64,000 nucleotides of DNA from Vicugna vicugna (Eukaryota), in the NCBI GenBank assembly GCA_013265495.1, contig MU058423.1:6300939-6364938 (forward strand). The letters run 5' to 3'. The notes beneath the pieces are model-generated. The model had not been told where the DNA came from. It ran no database searches and worked only from the letters and a program-made list of their open reading frames with translations. The position numbers and the translations under genes are program-made. Shown piece by piece: positions 39,101-53,400 of this stretch (within the stretch, counting starts at the first letter, position 1; every line of letters begins with the position of its first letter).

Positions 39101-41879
39101 GATAAGTGATTCTTTGAAATACATTAAACTGAGTTTAAATTCAATGTAACAGAGACTTTTCCTTTGTTTTGTCTAGAACATATTTATGTGACAGCCAGAG
39201 GTAGTAGTCTGTGTGAAGGTAGAGTAAGTACACAAAGAAGCTAGGCAGTATTTGCAGCATTTACTTTAATCTTGGATTAGGGGTCAGTTTTCTATACTCC
39301 CCGAGGCAGGCATTCATTGTAATGATGGTAAATTTTGAAATAGAGTTAGATAAATTGATGAATACAATAAACTCTAAAAGGTAATTTTGGGGGAATCTAG
39401 ACACAGGGTAGGAATTAATTTTTTATTACCCACACATTTTTTATATGAATAAAATTTTTAACATGTTTGGATTGCAGGAAGAATAGTGTACTCCTGGTCA
39501 CACACTACTCTGCACATCCAGTGAATGTATTTATTGTATGAAACCTCACATTCTCCATCTTTACTCTGGATGTTGATTCAAATGTGCTTGAATAGTCTCA
39601 AATCATGTTATTTTTATCTGTTGATAACGTAACTGCTATACCTACAGGACAGGTGCTGTCTTTTTCTTATTTGGTGTCTGTAAAATACCTGAAATCATCT
39701 CACTGATCGCAGTGTTGTGACTGGTGTTCCATGTCCTGGGCCCACATAGATATTCTGTTTAAATTGCAAAAGCTGCTTTGCTGAAGAAAGCAAAGGTTTC
39801 ATTCACCAAGTGATAGATTAAATGGTATATGTGTGTGTATTCAGTGCTACTATTCATCAGGAAAAAGCCATAAATAGAAGGAAATATGTCTTCTATGAAA
39901 GCTTATTATTGTTGAACAAGAGAAAAAAGAGCATGGATGTTAATGAGAAATGCATAATAATGAGGCCTTAAAAATTCAAATTTCATTTTGAAATTTCCTT
40001 AGGATTTTTGTATAAAACTTCAGCTCACTGCACACATACCCATGCTGTCCCTTTAAATACCCCAGCGATAAGGCCTATGGGTTTTAAAATTCAAGATGAA
40101 TAAGAGAACATCAAAGGGACTTTGAACTCAATTATATTCTGGCAGACTCTTACCCCTGGTCAGACGCAGGGCATTACACCCGGAATTATAACAGGTCCCA
40201 CAGAAGGGCAGAGCCCAGCCCCACTCAGGGCAGCCTTCACCACCTCCTCTATCTCAGAGAGTTAATTCTAATGCTGACAAAATATTCTCACAGACCAGCA
40301 ACAAGTTATATAGACACCACATATTATTTTAAACACACACAAGTACTGGATCAATCTAAAATTGACTGACGTTGAATAAATTGTAGGTGAAATTTAAAAG
40401 TGAAATTTTCAATCTGAAAAACACTATGAATTTAATAGCAGTTTGAAAACTCTGAATAATAATACTGTTTTCTATATTTGTTAACACCTGATTCTCCTGG
40501 GTGGTAAGCCAATGAAAATAAGTGAATACTTCGGTGATATCTCTGTGCCAGAACTCAAATATGGTGCAAAATTAAGTATAGATACCCTAATAAATGGAAG
40601 ACAGCTTAGGATAAATAAAATATGAATTAACTTTTGTATTATTTCAAATAGTGTCTTAATGTTTTCCTTATTTTGTGTTTAATATTTGGAATTTCTCTTT
40701 AGCTATACAACAATCAAGTTGTATACAATTGAGAATAAATTTTATAGTTCCAAACATTGAAAATCCATCTTCATCATACTAAGTTCATTTAGAAATTTAG
40801 AGATTTTGATGTCTTCATTATATGACTATATTATATATGACTAACATTCTGTTCTGATATGCAAAGATAATATTATTAATATAACTATCATTTATTGAGC
40901 ACCTCAGTATGCTAGGCTCTTTACTAAGTAAACATATCTCAACTAATTAGCTTTGAAAGTTAAAAATTTTACATCACATAATCACATTAATACAATTGAA
41001 TTGGCATAGTGTTGAATGCACTGTATATTAACAAAATCTTGTGTACTCTCAAGATCTAAAGAGGTATGTTTACTAAAATGACAAAATGGATACTTTTTAT
41101 AGCAACTGTCTCACCTTGGCACGAATGCATACTAACAATACACCTCTCCAAGGTAGAGTTCAGTTACAATGATAAGACTCCTGAGAGGATGTAATTTAAG
41201 GAACGTGGCATGGAGATAGATTCAAATTTAGAGTTCTCTAAAGGAACGGTAAAAGAAAAATATATTTTATGTATATAGACACTATGGAGAAAGTAACATC
41301 GCAGAAGACAAAGATTTCCTTGTTTTCTCTCTCTTTCTAATGGTTGCACAAATATATACTGGTATTTTACCCCTCAGATTTTGCAAAGTGGGAGTTTGTG
41401 TGTGCATGCTGATTATGTATATATAGAGAATATTAAGCTTTCATTGTCCAAGGTCTTTTGAAAATAGAAAAATAGATTTCTGACTCGTCTAAACAACCTT
41501 CCCATGCAAAATGCTGGGATTATTTTAGTTTTATTTTCAGCAGAGGAGTAAGAATTTGCTCAGTAGTAAAAGAGATTATCAGCTCAGCTTTAATCTTATT
41601 GAGGATAGAAACAGCTACCATGAAGTCTAGGACTTGCTGGTCATGGCAGGACAGATCTGCCTCTGTCCTTGTCTTTGCAACAGTCTCTTTCTCAGAACTC
41701 CCCTGTTTAGCATCCTGCCCTTTCCCTGGCTGTCTCCATCCCACTTCCCATCCATATAAAACATGTGCTAGTCGCATATTAAATTAGCGCAACACTCCCA
41801 AACACACACACACACTTCTGCCCTGACATCCTTCTATGTCTACCTCCCCATTCCTCTGCTGTCTTATTTAATAAAATTG

Positions 41880-43145
41880 TTCAACAAATTTGTCTACAAT
41901 TCCCTTCACCTCCTTCACTGCTGATACCTTGATCTAACAGCCGTTTTTGATATTCTGCATCACTCTAATAGTCGCTTAACTTCTCTTCCTATTTCAAAAT
42001 CTGCTCCCCTACAGTCTTTCTCTTCACAGTAGCCGAAGTGACCCCGATAGTCCCTTAAAAACAGAAGTCATATAATGTCTTTACTAAGAAATTTCAAAAG
42101 TTCTCTTATCTCACTCAGAATACTTCCTTTCATGACTTAAAAGACCATAAATATTTTGGCCACCAAGTTATCTCCTCGTCTACTCATTTCTAGGCTCATT
42201 GGCCGCATCAGCCTTCCCCTCGGCCACCATGACTCAGCCATCACCACATTCAGGGCTCTATTCAAATGTTACTGTATCAAAAGCTTTTCCCTGAAGAGAG
42301 CACCCAATATAACATAACATTTTTTCTCCTTAGCACACTGGGTGATTTGTTTACTGATGGTATTCCCCTAGTAGAATATAAGCTCCTGGGGAAAAAAAAA
42401 AGAATTTTCTCTCAGAAACCAGAATTACTTGCTTTTATCTTATATTAAAGGCCAAAATGCTTACCATGGCCTATGGTGCCTTGCATGAGCAAAGCCCCAT
42501 CCAGTGTTGGCATTCTCACTAGATAGCTTGTTCTTGGGAAACCATAGAGTATTGGCATCAAAAATAATTTTTAAATATCCTCATAGTTAAAAATTGTATC
42601 AACCTAGTATCCTAAAGATAATTACAACTTTATCTTCTTTAATTTATGGATTGAAAGATTTTACATTTGAGAAGGTCAAGTATTCAAATATGCCCAAAGC
42701 TCTGAAGACCGTAATCCACATCTACATCCCCATTTCTGTCTTGTTTCTTTCTCCCTGTCCGACCACACTGGTTTTCCTTCCCTACTCACAGCCATACAAG
42801 CTGCATCCACCAGCAGGTATGGGTCCCGATTTTTCTCTCTGCCCAAATTCCTTCTCCTCCCCGCCTCTGTTTATTAGCTAGTAAAAGACCTCACCCATCA
42901 GCTCTCAGCTAGAGTCACATCCTTAGGTCACCCTTTCCTGACCTCCAAGACCGATTCCCCTCTTCAATGCTCTCATGGCGCACTGCATGTATGTGGCTGT
43001 GTAACTGCACAATTGTTAGTTTAATAATTTTGTTAATCTCAGTTTCTCCAATTAGATTGTAAACACCATGAAAATGTGTCACATGGTTGGTACTCCATAT
43101 TTGTCGCACAAATGAATGACCCCTACTGCAAAGAGATAATGAATC
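41880..43145 (+). mobile_element. L2 fragments (two or more 3' pieces)
   Basis: 'ctgctcccctacagtct...cacagtagccgaagtga', 'ccctagtagaatataagctcctgggg', 'tagattgtaaacaccatga...aaatgaatga'. Confidence 0.6.
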
Positions 43146-44569
43146 TGACACTGCTTCTCCAGTTGCAGATTCTTTTAAACTTTTAAGGTTAACTACTGAG
43201 TTAATTACACCTTTCTTTGTCCTCTGTCAATATGTTAACATAGGTAATGCTCTGCCTCCTTGAACACAGCCGAATTCTCTGGGGTATAATTTATTCCTGC
43301 TCTGCCAGCTGAAATACAGAGTCTATGACCTTCTCTTTCCCCTGGTGACTTGGACATTTATTTAGTCATTTACGGTTATTTAAGTGTCAGATTATATTAT
43401 TCTCGATATTTGCCCCATAGGACATTGCCAAAGATACCTCAGGATCACATTGCCAAAAGAATGGCAGCAGCATTTACAAAAGCACAAGAAACACAAACGG
43501 AAAGCACATTACAAAAATCTCATTTCTGTTATTTCTACTATAAAACTATTTCTGCTGCAAAACAAAATGACCTCTAAAATCAAATTTCTGTCTAAATGAA
43601 TATGCATTTTTATTTAAACAAAATAAAGCAGCTTTTAAAAAAATACAGACAACTACTACGTACTTTGATGTTCTAATATATAATATTGTTTTATTGTACC
43701 ATTATGTAGTCATCAGTGAAATTTATTATAGAATATTAAAAACACATAAAACAATAGGAAAATATATTAAAATCTAATAAAACATGTTCATAAATCTTAA
43801 CACTTTTCCTTCAGATTATCAAATATTAGCATTCAAAACTTTTTGATAATATACATAGGATATTCAACTATGTTTCTTATCATTGCTGAAATATTTAACA
43901 ACATATCGATGTAATATGATAATTCCTAAAATAAACTAAGTCAACCTTTATGTGCAGTCACTATTATAAGAATTAATTGTTAAGAATTTCTCTTACAGAG
44001 ATCGGCTTTAGGAAATGTAATTTGTGAAAATAGCTTTCCAGGAAACTGACAAGGCTTTAGCGGGATCTCCCCAGTCACCTCATCCACCCCCATCATGTTG
44101 CAAATAAAAGAGAGAGACCTTGAGAGATTATGGGGTCACACAGTCTCCAGCCAGTGGTCTCTAAAGCTGCAGAGGGGATAGATGGGTGTGGGAGAGCAGT
44201 AATGAGAGCAGCGATGCCTGACCCACTCTTCTTGTAGTTTTATAATTCAGTAGGGCCAAGAGAGTAGGAACCAGCCAGCACTGATTTCTCCCTTTATCTG
44301 AGCATGATGTGACTTCCCACTGAAATGACAACTAATAAAAAATGTAACTTATAATTTAAAAAAAACTGTCTGTTGGGTGTTTTTACCAACAACATTTCAG
44401 TTACATTTCAGTTTGGAAAAAAGTAATAAAACTGTTTTTGTAAGTTTAGAGCTGCTATATATGCTAGTGAGTAATTAATTACTTCATATAAAGAAAATAA
44501 ATTGTCTTATATTTTAACAAACATATATTGAATCCACACTAAGAACCACCCAGAAAAAATTATAACTAG

Positions 44570-44720
44570 GACCTTGTGATATGGACTCATATTATTATCC
44601 CAAATTTTCTAGAAGGAAATGAGGCTTCCTAAAATTAAATAATCTGCCAAAGATCACACTGCTAGCAAGTGGCATAAATAATGGAAAAACCCAGAATGTC
44701 TTAAGTGATTGTAGTGTGCT
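44570..44720 (-). mobile_element. MIR SINE fragment
   Basis: 'attattatccc...gaaatgaggct...ctgccaaagatcacactgctagcaagtggca'. Confidence 0.65.
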
Positions 44721-44786
44721 GTATACTATGCAATACATCATCACCAGAACATCAGAGAAATCCCACTAAACTCATTGGAGGAGAAA

Positions 44787-45396
44787 TGTGGTAGGCAACC
44801 TTTAAATGACCCCCAGTGATGCCTACATCTTGGTAATATCCCCCTGTGTTATCCCCTCCCCTTGAGTGTGGGACAGATGTATTGATTCTCTTGCAATGAC
44901 TAGAATGCAGCAGAAGTAACGGGATGGCACCTCAGAGATTAGGTCATAATCATATGAAGAGTGGATTCCATCTTGGGTGCTTATCCTCTGCTTGCTCTTC
45001 GGCTCATTAACTCTTAGGGAAGCCAGCTGCTACACTGTGCGCTCCTCTAGAGAGGCTGAAGCAGCAGGTTGCTGAGAGAGGCTCTGGGCAGCAGTCAGTG
45101 AGAAATGACAGTTCTCCGTCCCACAGCCTGCGGCTCTCACTGCAGGATCTGGTGCTCCTGAGGCACTCGGTTCTGCCTCATCCACGTGAGTGAGCTGGGA
45201 AGCAAACCCTCCCCAGTCAAGCCTCAGAATACACCAAGTGACAGCTTGACTGAAAACTAATGAGAGACTCAGAGCCAGAGCGCCCTGCCAAGCCACACCG
45301 ACTTTCCTTACCGACAGAAACAGGGAGATAATATTTGTTGTTTTAAGTTACTAAGTTTGGGGATAATTAATTATGCATCAATAGAAAACTAATACA
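44787..45396 (+). mobile_element. solo MLT1 (MLT1E/F-like) MaLR LTR
   Basis: TGTGGTAGGC...AACTAATACA; 5-bp flanks agaaa/ggaaa (one mismatch). Confidence 0.85.
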
Positions 45397-45749
45397 GGAA
45401 AGTGATATGATTGCATATTAGCTTCTTAAATATATGAGTTCCTATAAACTGTAAAATATATTAATTACTACTATAATATTGCCCAGAAAAATATATTGAC
45501 TTTATTTTTAAAGTTATCTAAAGGAGACTTTGCTATGATATTTACAGATGTCAGAGGGTTATCAATTATATATACCGCCTCAGTAAGAGTCACAAAGTCC
45601 GGAAGGGCAGATACAAGGAGGTTTGCATCTTCCAGCATTCCAAAAAAAGCATGAAAAATTGTTTCTTACCAATAAAGACCCTCATTCTTAGCCTAATATC
45701 AATTCATTGTTGACCTAACAAGACAGCCAACTTGTCATTCACACCAAGG

Positions 45750-48640
45750 GTAAGAAAAATAAACCACAAGGGGGAAATAAATCCTCATGTTCTCATAAAC
45801 GTAACAATGCTCATGAGACTTAGTTCCCAAATGTGTATGGTGGACAAGAGGGTCAGAGAAACCCACCCACTGAAGAAACTTCCAATGACTGAGCTGGATG
45901 CAATGTTAGGAATATTTTGAAGGCCAGATACCTTAGAGGTAAGCAAATCTTGAAGCCAGCGGCTGTCCTGGGTCCAAGAGCCCGTTTCTGTGCCCGAGGC
46001 ATAAGGTTATATCTGACTGCAAATATTTCACAGAAACAATGACCTCTGGAAATATCCCAGTGGAAGTAAACATCCGTTCTAGTTGGCAACATTCAGGCAC
46101 TTAAACTCTATGGAAAGGGACAATACCTACAATGATAGTCGCCTAGGTCAGTAAGTGTCACTGATGACTCACAGAAGGACGATAAGGAGCCAAAGTGTGA
46201 GAGACAGTAGGAAGACAGACGGACTTTCTGGCAGCTTGCAAAGAGGTGGTTGTCTCCTGCAGCCAAAGAGCCATTGCAGCTGAGCAGCAGACTCAGAATC
46301 TGATAGTTTGAGCTACGGATCTCCAGAGACGCCAGCGAAGGCTGTCCGTCATGCTAACATCAGTGTTCTGGTTGGGAAAATTGAAAATCCTAAACTCTGG
46401 AATGGATATATTGCATTTACTATGCTAGGGAAGCAGATCTGTCAGAGGATTATGTTCCAAAGGCGGGCCATCTTCCAAGGCTACCAGAAGTGGGCTGATG
46501 AAAGGCATGCCGACATCACTGAAAAAGTACAGCGGTAGTTGTTTTCTACAGGCTAGAGATAACAATAGGAGAAGTGGTCGCAGTCCTGCTTATATCAGTA
46601 TCAATGGATGTATGGAGCCCCAGAGTAAGAAGAGCCAGGTTTTGATACACAACTTCTAGAAGTCAGAGGCCACAATTACTGAAACACCCTGCAAGGATGG
46701 CGGAACAGCCAGGGAGCTCTGACTTGAAAGAAATTACAGAGACTCTTAGTAAATCATGGAGCCAAATGGCACAGCCTGCAAAGGTGTTATAGAATATCTA
46801 TAACCAGAAAAAAAGAGTCAGGATATGGAATCAAGGTAATCAGGGAGATTGCTGCCCCCAAAATCATGATTTCCCAATCAGTCCCTAGAAATTAGCTGAT
46901 CTTTAGGTCCAGAACCCAATGATTGAAAAGGTGGCCCATTTTCTAGGAGGAAGGATCCGGCAGTCTTGCAGCAGGTGTACACTTTAATGATTCCCAAGTT
47001 CTTTCCCTAAAGACATATGGACATTACTGGAGTGACTGAACATTAGATAGAGGAGGATATTCAGAATTTTTAAGGGACTGAGTTGGTATTGCTACTCACA
47101 GACCCAAAATGTCTTCACAACTCCCCCTCCCCATTTCAATTAAGGCTTAGGAGAATAAGTATTAAATGGTCTTTTAGCCTAAACTTAGTTCACACAGGAC
47201 TCATTAGGTCCATAGACCCACCCATTGGTCATGTTGCCAGTCCCAAAGTATAATTATATTTGATACACATGGCAGTTGGAGGAATCTCCATATTGGGTCC
47301 TTGGTGTATCTGGTAGGAACCCAATAGATGAGGAAGGCCAAGTAGAAACGTCTGGAACTCCTTCAACCTCTGGCTAAGATAACAAGCTAAAAACAATATT
47401 GCATATCCCAAAGGGATGGTAGAGATAAGCACTTCCATTAAAGACCTAAAGGATGTACAATTGGTTGTTCCTTTCATATCTCTGTCATTGACATCTCCAG
47501 CTTAGTCCCTGCAGAAAATACAGAGACATGAAGAGTGACCTTAGGCTATCATAGGCTCCCTGAGTTGCAGCTAGGCTGGCAGATGAGTTGTCACTGACGG
47601 AGCAAAGTAATAAGTCTTACAGAGGTGTCATGCAATACTTAATTTGGCAAATGCGGTTTTAGATTCCAATTAGAAAAAAATAATCAGAAAGTTTACGTCC
47701 ACGTGGGACCAAAAAAAAACATTCATTTATAGCTTTGCCTCAGGGCCACGTTAAATCTATCACCCTCTGTCCTGATGCAGTCTGAAGATTGTAATGTCCT
47801 AGATATCTTACTAAATATCATACTAATCCATCACATACTAATTGATGACGTCATGGTGATTAGGACAAACTAGAGGTGGCTAATTTTCTAGAAGCCTTGG
47901 GAAGAAACCTGTGCTCCAGAGGGTGGGAGGCAAATTCTAGGAAAATTCAGGGGCCTATGACTTCAGTTTTTAGGCATCCAGTAGTCTAGGGTGTGCCAAC
48001 ATTTTCCTGCAAAGTCAAAGATAAATTGCTGCATACTTGATTTCCAGCTACAAAGAAGGAAGCACAGCATTTGCTAGACCTCTTTGGGCTCTGTCAGGGA
48101 ACAATGACTCTGACTGATTAGACAGCTGATGGAAGACTGCCAGCACTAAATGGGGCTGAGATCAGGAAAGGTTTCTGCAGCAAGTCCACTTTCCAGTGCA
48201 AGTATCCCTGCCACACAGGCCACAGAATCAGCCAGCCTCTATGGCGTTAGATGCTACCACTCAGTGGTAGCAAAAAAGGTAGGTGAAGAATGAAAAGATG
48301 CTCCAGTCGGAGAATCACAACACAGACTCCTAGGTGTCCTCATTAAAGAATGATTTACTTTTTGATAAGCATGTATTCTGTGCTTTGTGATCCCTGTAGA
48401 TATGGAATGCTTGAGCAAGGAGCACCACGTGAGAATGTGTGTAGAAATGCCTGTTATGAACTGGCTCTTCTGGACACACCAAATCATAGGTTAGGATGGG
48501 TTTAGAAGTGATCCATTGCAAAAGGGAAATGACACAGCTGGGAGAAAACATGAGTAGGAAAAGAGGACACAAGTAAGCTGCAGCAGCAGGTATCCCAGAC
48601 CTCCTGGTCCAATGACATTTGCATCAGTGACAGAGAAAGC
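45750..48640 (+). mobile_element. old ERV-L internal remnant (gag-pro-RT)
   Basis: Frameshifted HERV-L-like peptides GP*THPLV, KAK*KRLEL, 'GMVEISTSIKDLKDVQLVVP', LANA, LPQG at 47735, IDDVMVIG at 47841, KIQGP, TKKEAQHLLDLFG; the 5' boundary is approximate. Confidence 0.85.
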
Positions 48641-48649
48641 CTAAAGTGC

Positions 48650-49930
48650 CTTCAACAGATTGTTCGTGGAGATCTGCCCTTTGAGGACATTGTTGGTGAA
48701 GTCTCCAAAGAAAGCGATAAACTTGTTATTGAAACTAAAGGGAGGCGAGATCCTGGTTATACAGTGGCAGAAAGCTTCGCAATATTCTCCCCACAGTTAT
48801 GTGGAAATCGGAACATGTAAGTGATGAATTTGGTTATCCAGCTAAAGAGATTTCCAAATAAAATGTGACCTCATTTCTTACTACTTACAGGAAAAGATGA
48901 GAGGAGAGACATAAACTGAGGCAAAGACCAATAAACATAAGGGAAACAGGACTTGACTATTTTGAAAATTCTGTCTTTCTACATAGCAAAAGATGCTAAA
49001 GTCATGAAATAGCTTCCAAACATTATTAGGAGAAAGTGGAATCGAAATAAGCCATGATCTGGAGGAAAAAAGCTGAGGAAGTGACTGTACGTTTTGTGAA
49101 AATCTTAGGAAGATCAAAAGGTCAGAGTATTCAGTCACACAGAAGACCCATTAAAGAGATCAAAGTGTGCCTTATGGAACCTCACTAACAATAGAGCCTC
49201 TAAGAAAAATAATCGTGTTGTGTCTCAGCCTTCTCTGCTGGAGCTCAAGGTCGAGAAGGTCTGGTCTCAATGAGCTCTGTGGGTGCGGCTCTTGGCAAAT
49301 GGAGCGAACCCCAGTGGAATCCACAGAAGAGCCACAAGTTTTTGAGAAAGTTATTTTAGCCAAAAAAGAAAAAAAAATAGAGACAACAACTTTGAAAAGT
49401 TGGACTGGAAGGGATAGAAAGAGTACAAAATGAAAAGAGATTGTTGGACCCTAAGATTCTAGCATCAGGAAGTGGACTTATGAAACCACTCACTATCCAC
49501 ACATGCTACTTTTCATAAAAACAAAAGGATGGCTTGAGGGTGGAACTAACAGTGAAGAGTTCCCAGGCCTTTAAAAACTAACCAGGGAATATCCAGCTTT
49601 GCCCATCTGTGTTGCAGAATCGCTATGGACCGATGATGCCTTTGTAGCTCTCGTGTCCCCCATTTTTGAACAAGAACATGTGGAGCTGTTTTCCTATGCA
49701 TGTCCTGCCATTTGCATTTTGAATGTGGAGGGAAGATAATTTGTCTTCCTAGTTTTACAATCTGTAGATCAAGAGGAACTACACCCAAGGAGTCTCAGCC
49801 ACATTTACACCTGACTTAGAGGATGACACTCTGGACTTTCAGCAGAAGCTGTCATGGGATGAGACACTTGGAAACCTGGGGAAGAGATGAATGTAATTGT
49901 TCTGACAAAGGGGTCAGAGGGTGGTCAGTC
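48650..49930 (+). mobile_element. MaLR (MLT1-int) internal sequence
   Basis: 'gatcctggttatacagtggcagaaagctt...tgatgaatttggttatccagctaaagagatttccaa'; 3' end 'ctggactttcagc...ggaagagatgaatgta' then PPT 'ggggtcagagggtgg'. Confidence 0.75.
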
Positions 49931-50475
49931 ATGCACAGGCTCGAGGATGACCTTCAATCATACTTCCTTGTATCACAGCTGTGTCATCCCCTCTCCTCAA
50001 ATGTGGGCAACATTGATGACTTGCTTCCCATCAACCGAATACTGCAAGGAACTGGGATAACACTTCCATAATTTCACTGCATGAAATTGTAATCTATCTT
50101 GCTAGTAGGTTTCCTCCTTTGCTGGATTTGATGAAACAAGCTGCTGTGTTCTGTGCTGTCCTTTGGAGAGATCAACATGAGGAAATAAAGGAAGCCTCCA
50201 TTTAACACCCAGCGAGAAAGTAAGACACACAGTCATTTGAACCACAAGGAACTGAATTCCACCAGCAATCACACATGCTTAGAAATGGATATTGCCTCAG
50301 CTGACCCTTGAGATGAGACCACAGCCCGGGCGGATATTTGGTTTGCAGCCTTGTGAGACCTGAAGCAAAGGTCCTGATGCAGAGGATGCAGGTTAAGTTG
50401 TGCCCAGACTCCTGACTCACAGAAACTGGAAGATGTCACGTGCTGTTAAGAGCCATGGAGTTGGTGGTATTTCAT
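49931..50475 (+). mobile_element. MLT1F-like 3' LTR
   Basis: 'caaggaactgaattccaccagcaatcac', 'agatgagaccacagcccgg', 'cccagactcctgactcacagaaactg'. Confidence 0.8.
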
Positions 50476-53400
50476 TTTTCTTTTATAATTATCTGTTACT
50501 TCAAATGTTACACGTTAAAATTCTTTTATATAAATACAATATGTTGAAATTTTACAAGTTGTTTTTTTTTAATGTTCACAAGATAATAGACTTCTCTGAA
50601 GTAAAATCAGGGGATTAGTGAAGGGGGACATCTTTGCTGGTCATGCAGAGTTTATCCTCTTGATAAACATTTGCTCTAATAAAGACACAGATATTTCTTT
50701 GTGGAGAATTTGAGTTTTGTTTTTTTGTGGGTTTTTTTGTTGTTGTTTTGTTTTGTTTTTAAATCAGTACTTTGTTTAAAAAAAAAAAGCTCATGTGCTT
50801 CTTAGAAAAAAATATTAACCAAACTATGACCCCTTGTCCCAAAGCAGTGATTCACACTTTGTACTCCTACAGACGTGGAAGTCTGGGTTCCCATGGGAGA
50901 GAGTTAACTCCAAGATGTGTTAAAAGGATTTCATGACACTTCTTTGTGTGAAGATAACCCATAATCAACCGTTTCTGTGTTTTTGATCATTCTCCCTGCT
51001 TACAGTATTTCCTTACAAATCCTGTTTGTGCTTTAAATCCACTCTTCATTTACCCGCAAACCCCGTCCCCAGAAAGACACAACCAGAACCCCAGCAAATA
51101 CGGGCTATTTCCTTTTCTTTCCTGAAGAGAGTACTTCTGATGAGGAAATAGGCAGCTCATTGTGATGGGGGAGCTACTGTGCTTGATTTTTACTGAGATT
51201 TATTGTTTCAATACTGTGCTATTATCTAATAAACCTCTCTTGGAAAAGGATATGGAATGGCTATTTTAATTTTCAGAAATGTTATGAAGAAAGAAACACG
51301 CCACATGGTTTTGAAAGGGTTTTGATAACCAAGACACAAGAGCTGAGATTCATTTCTATGGATTGCTTAGAAATAAACTATTTGGTTTTTTTTTTTTACA
51401 GTATCATTAACACCTAAAGCAATCATTGATGCCAATAACATACTTACTGGCTAAATGAATAAGCTGGAGGGACCAGAACTAGTCCCTAACCCCTCAGCGC
51501 TTGCTTTTTCAGCAGCCGTAACAAGGTGTGGCTTGGAAGGAATTTTAGTTCCTTAAAGTCTCTGCCAGATCTCTCCCCAAACCATCCTATATAAACAAAT
51601 AATTCAATTAAAAAAATGCAGATTCAAGGCAAGTCCTATATGACTCCCTTGAACCTATAAACACACCTTATATAGAAAGATGTCCTCTGTCTCCACGCAG
51701 GGGCTCCGGTAGCCCTCACATTCTGAGTCCCTTGCCTTCAGTGTAATGTCCTATGCACAGCACTCGGGCTTCTGAACTGAGATCAAAGCGCTGATTAACG
51801 CTTATTCTTAATAAGGTAATTTTGAATTAATGTATTTTCCATTCCAGTATAGGGAACTATTTTAAGAGTGGTCCAGCCAGAGACGTTAGTACTTAAAATA
51901 TAACTAAAAATTTGTTCAGAGTAAAAGGCTGAGGGGAGAAGGCTGGATACTTGCCTATTCAGTCATACATTTATACCATATTTTACTGAAGGAAAAAGAA
52001 CTAAAGGGAAATAATAAAAAACATATGCTTGAGACTTCCCAAGAATTTAAATTTTGAGAAAGAGATAAGATGGGGACATAAAATAAACCTAAACATCTTT
52101 ATATTGTATAGTTATATGAAGAAAAAATTGGAATAAAAACGGGGTCCAAGTTCATGGAGGCTGGGTCCATGCAAGGTAAAGGTGAAGGTCAGTGATATGA
52201 TGTAAAGGGGGATGGAAATGTCTTAGACACGCGGATGCTGGATGAAAGTTCACTTGAAATGGATCTGAACTCTAATAGTCACTTACTCAGGTTAAGTGGG
52301 AGGAAAGAGCCATAGATATAATGAAGAACCAGCTGCTGTAAAATTGTGGCAGTAATGGTTTAAAAAATGTATTTCATCTAGAAAGTCAAGATGAGTAGTT
52401 AGAAATCTCATTAGGCGTCATTATTTCATTAGAGACTGTCATCTCCTTCTTTGATATTTCATTCCACCCATATTGAATTATCAATTATTTAATGATTTCC
52501 ATTTAATATATCTTATCACAGAAAATTCCATCCAGAGTCTGTACCCTTCCCTCATTTTAGTGACTATAAAGCACACGACTATTCTAGCAACAGATGCTAC
52601 AGCAAAAATGTGTATTAAAATAGAAATACATAAACCGTAATGCTACCAAACGTTTTTGTTCATGCCCACGGCTTTTCCTTTCCTTTAAAAGAACAGCTGC
52701 TCATATTGCCGTTATATGCATTTGCCCCCTTTTTATCTTACTCATCGGAGGTTACAGGGAACATGTTTGGCCATTTTATATTGTCGATGAGGTCACTAAC
52801 CCCCTCCCCAAATGGCCGATTTGTCATCACATGAAACATTGCATAAGGTCAAAAGGTAAACCTACAACCAATAAGCAACAGGAAAAAGCTATTGGACTCT
52901 ATGGTCACAAATCATGTGCTACATAACACATTTGTGGATGACCCAAAGGGCTTCCAGCTGCTGCTGCAAAGGGAGAGGAGGAGGCAGAAATTTGAATAGA
53001 AGGGCTACCTCAAGGAGTAAAAGAGAAATGTTGCTTTAAAAATATCAGTCACACTCCAGGCTTGTGGTATTTCTGGGAGCCTGTGATCCGGTTCAATAGC
53101 CAAAATTCAATTTCCTAGGGGCGAACCCTCAGTGACTGGTTTCTTGTCCCATTATCAGGGCTTAATATATGACCTGTGTATTTTGCGTATTACATTTATA
53201 ATAGAAGACATAGGCTGAACTGGAGTGACTATTAATTAATTCTTAGTGGTCTCAAATATGTATGGGTACAAGAATCTTCTTGTCTTAGAAACCACATTAA
53301 CTTCTCTATTGTATAAATACTAATTAAATAACGGCAGAATTAGTGTAGTAAAAAGAGATCTTCCAGACAGCATAGTTGAAGATGTTCATTTTACAGAGAA

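Noticed and set aside
44787..50475. A single full provirus bounded by the two MLT1 LTRs
   Set aside because: The left LTR has its own near-matching 5-bp flanks (agaaa/ggaaa), marking a solo LTR. It is followed by unrelated AT-rich DNA and differs visibly from the right LTR.
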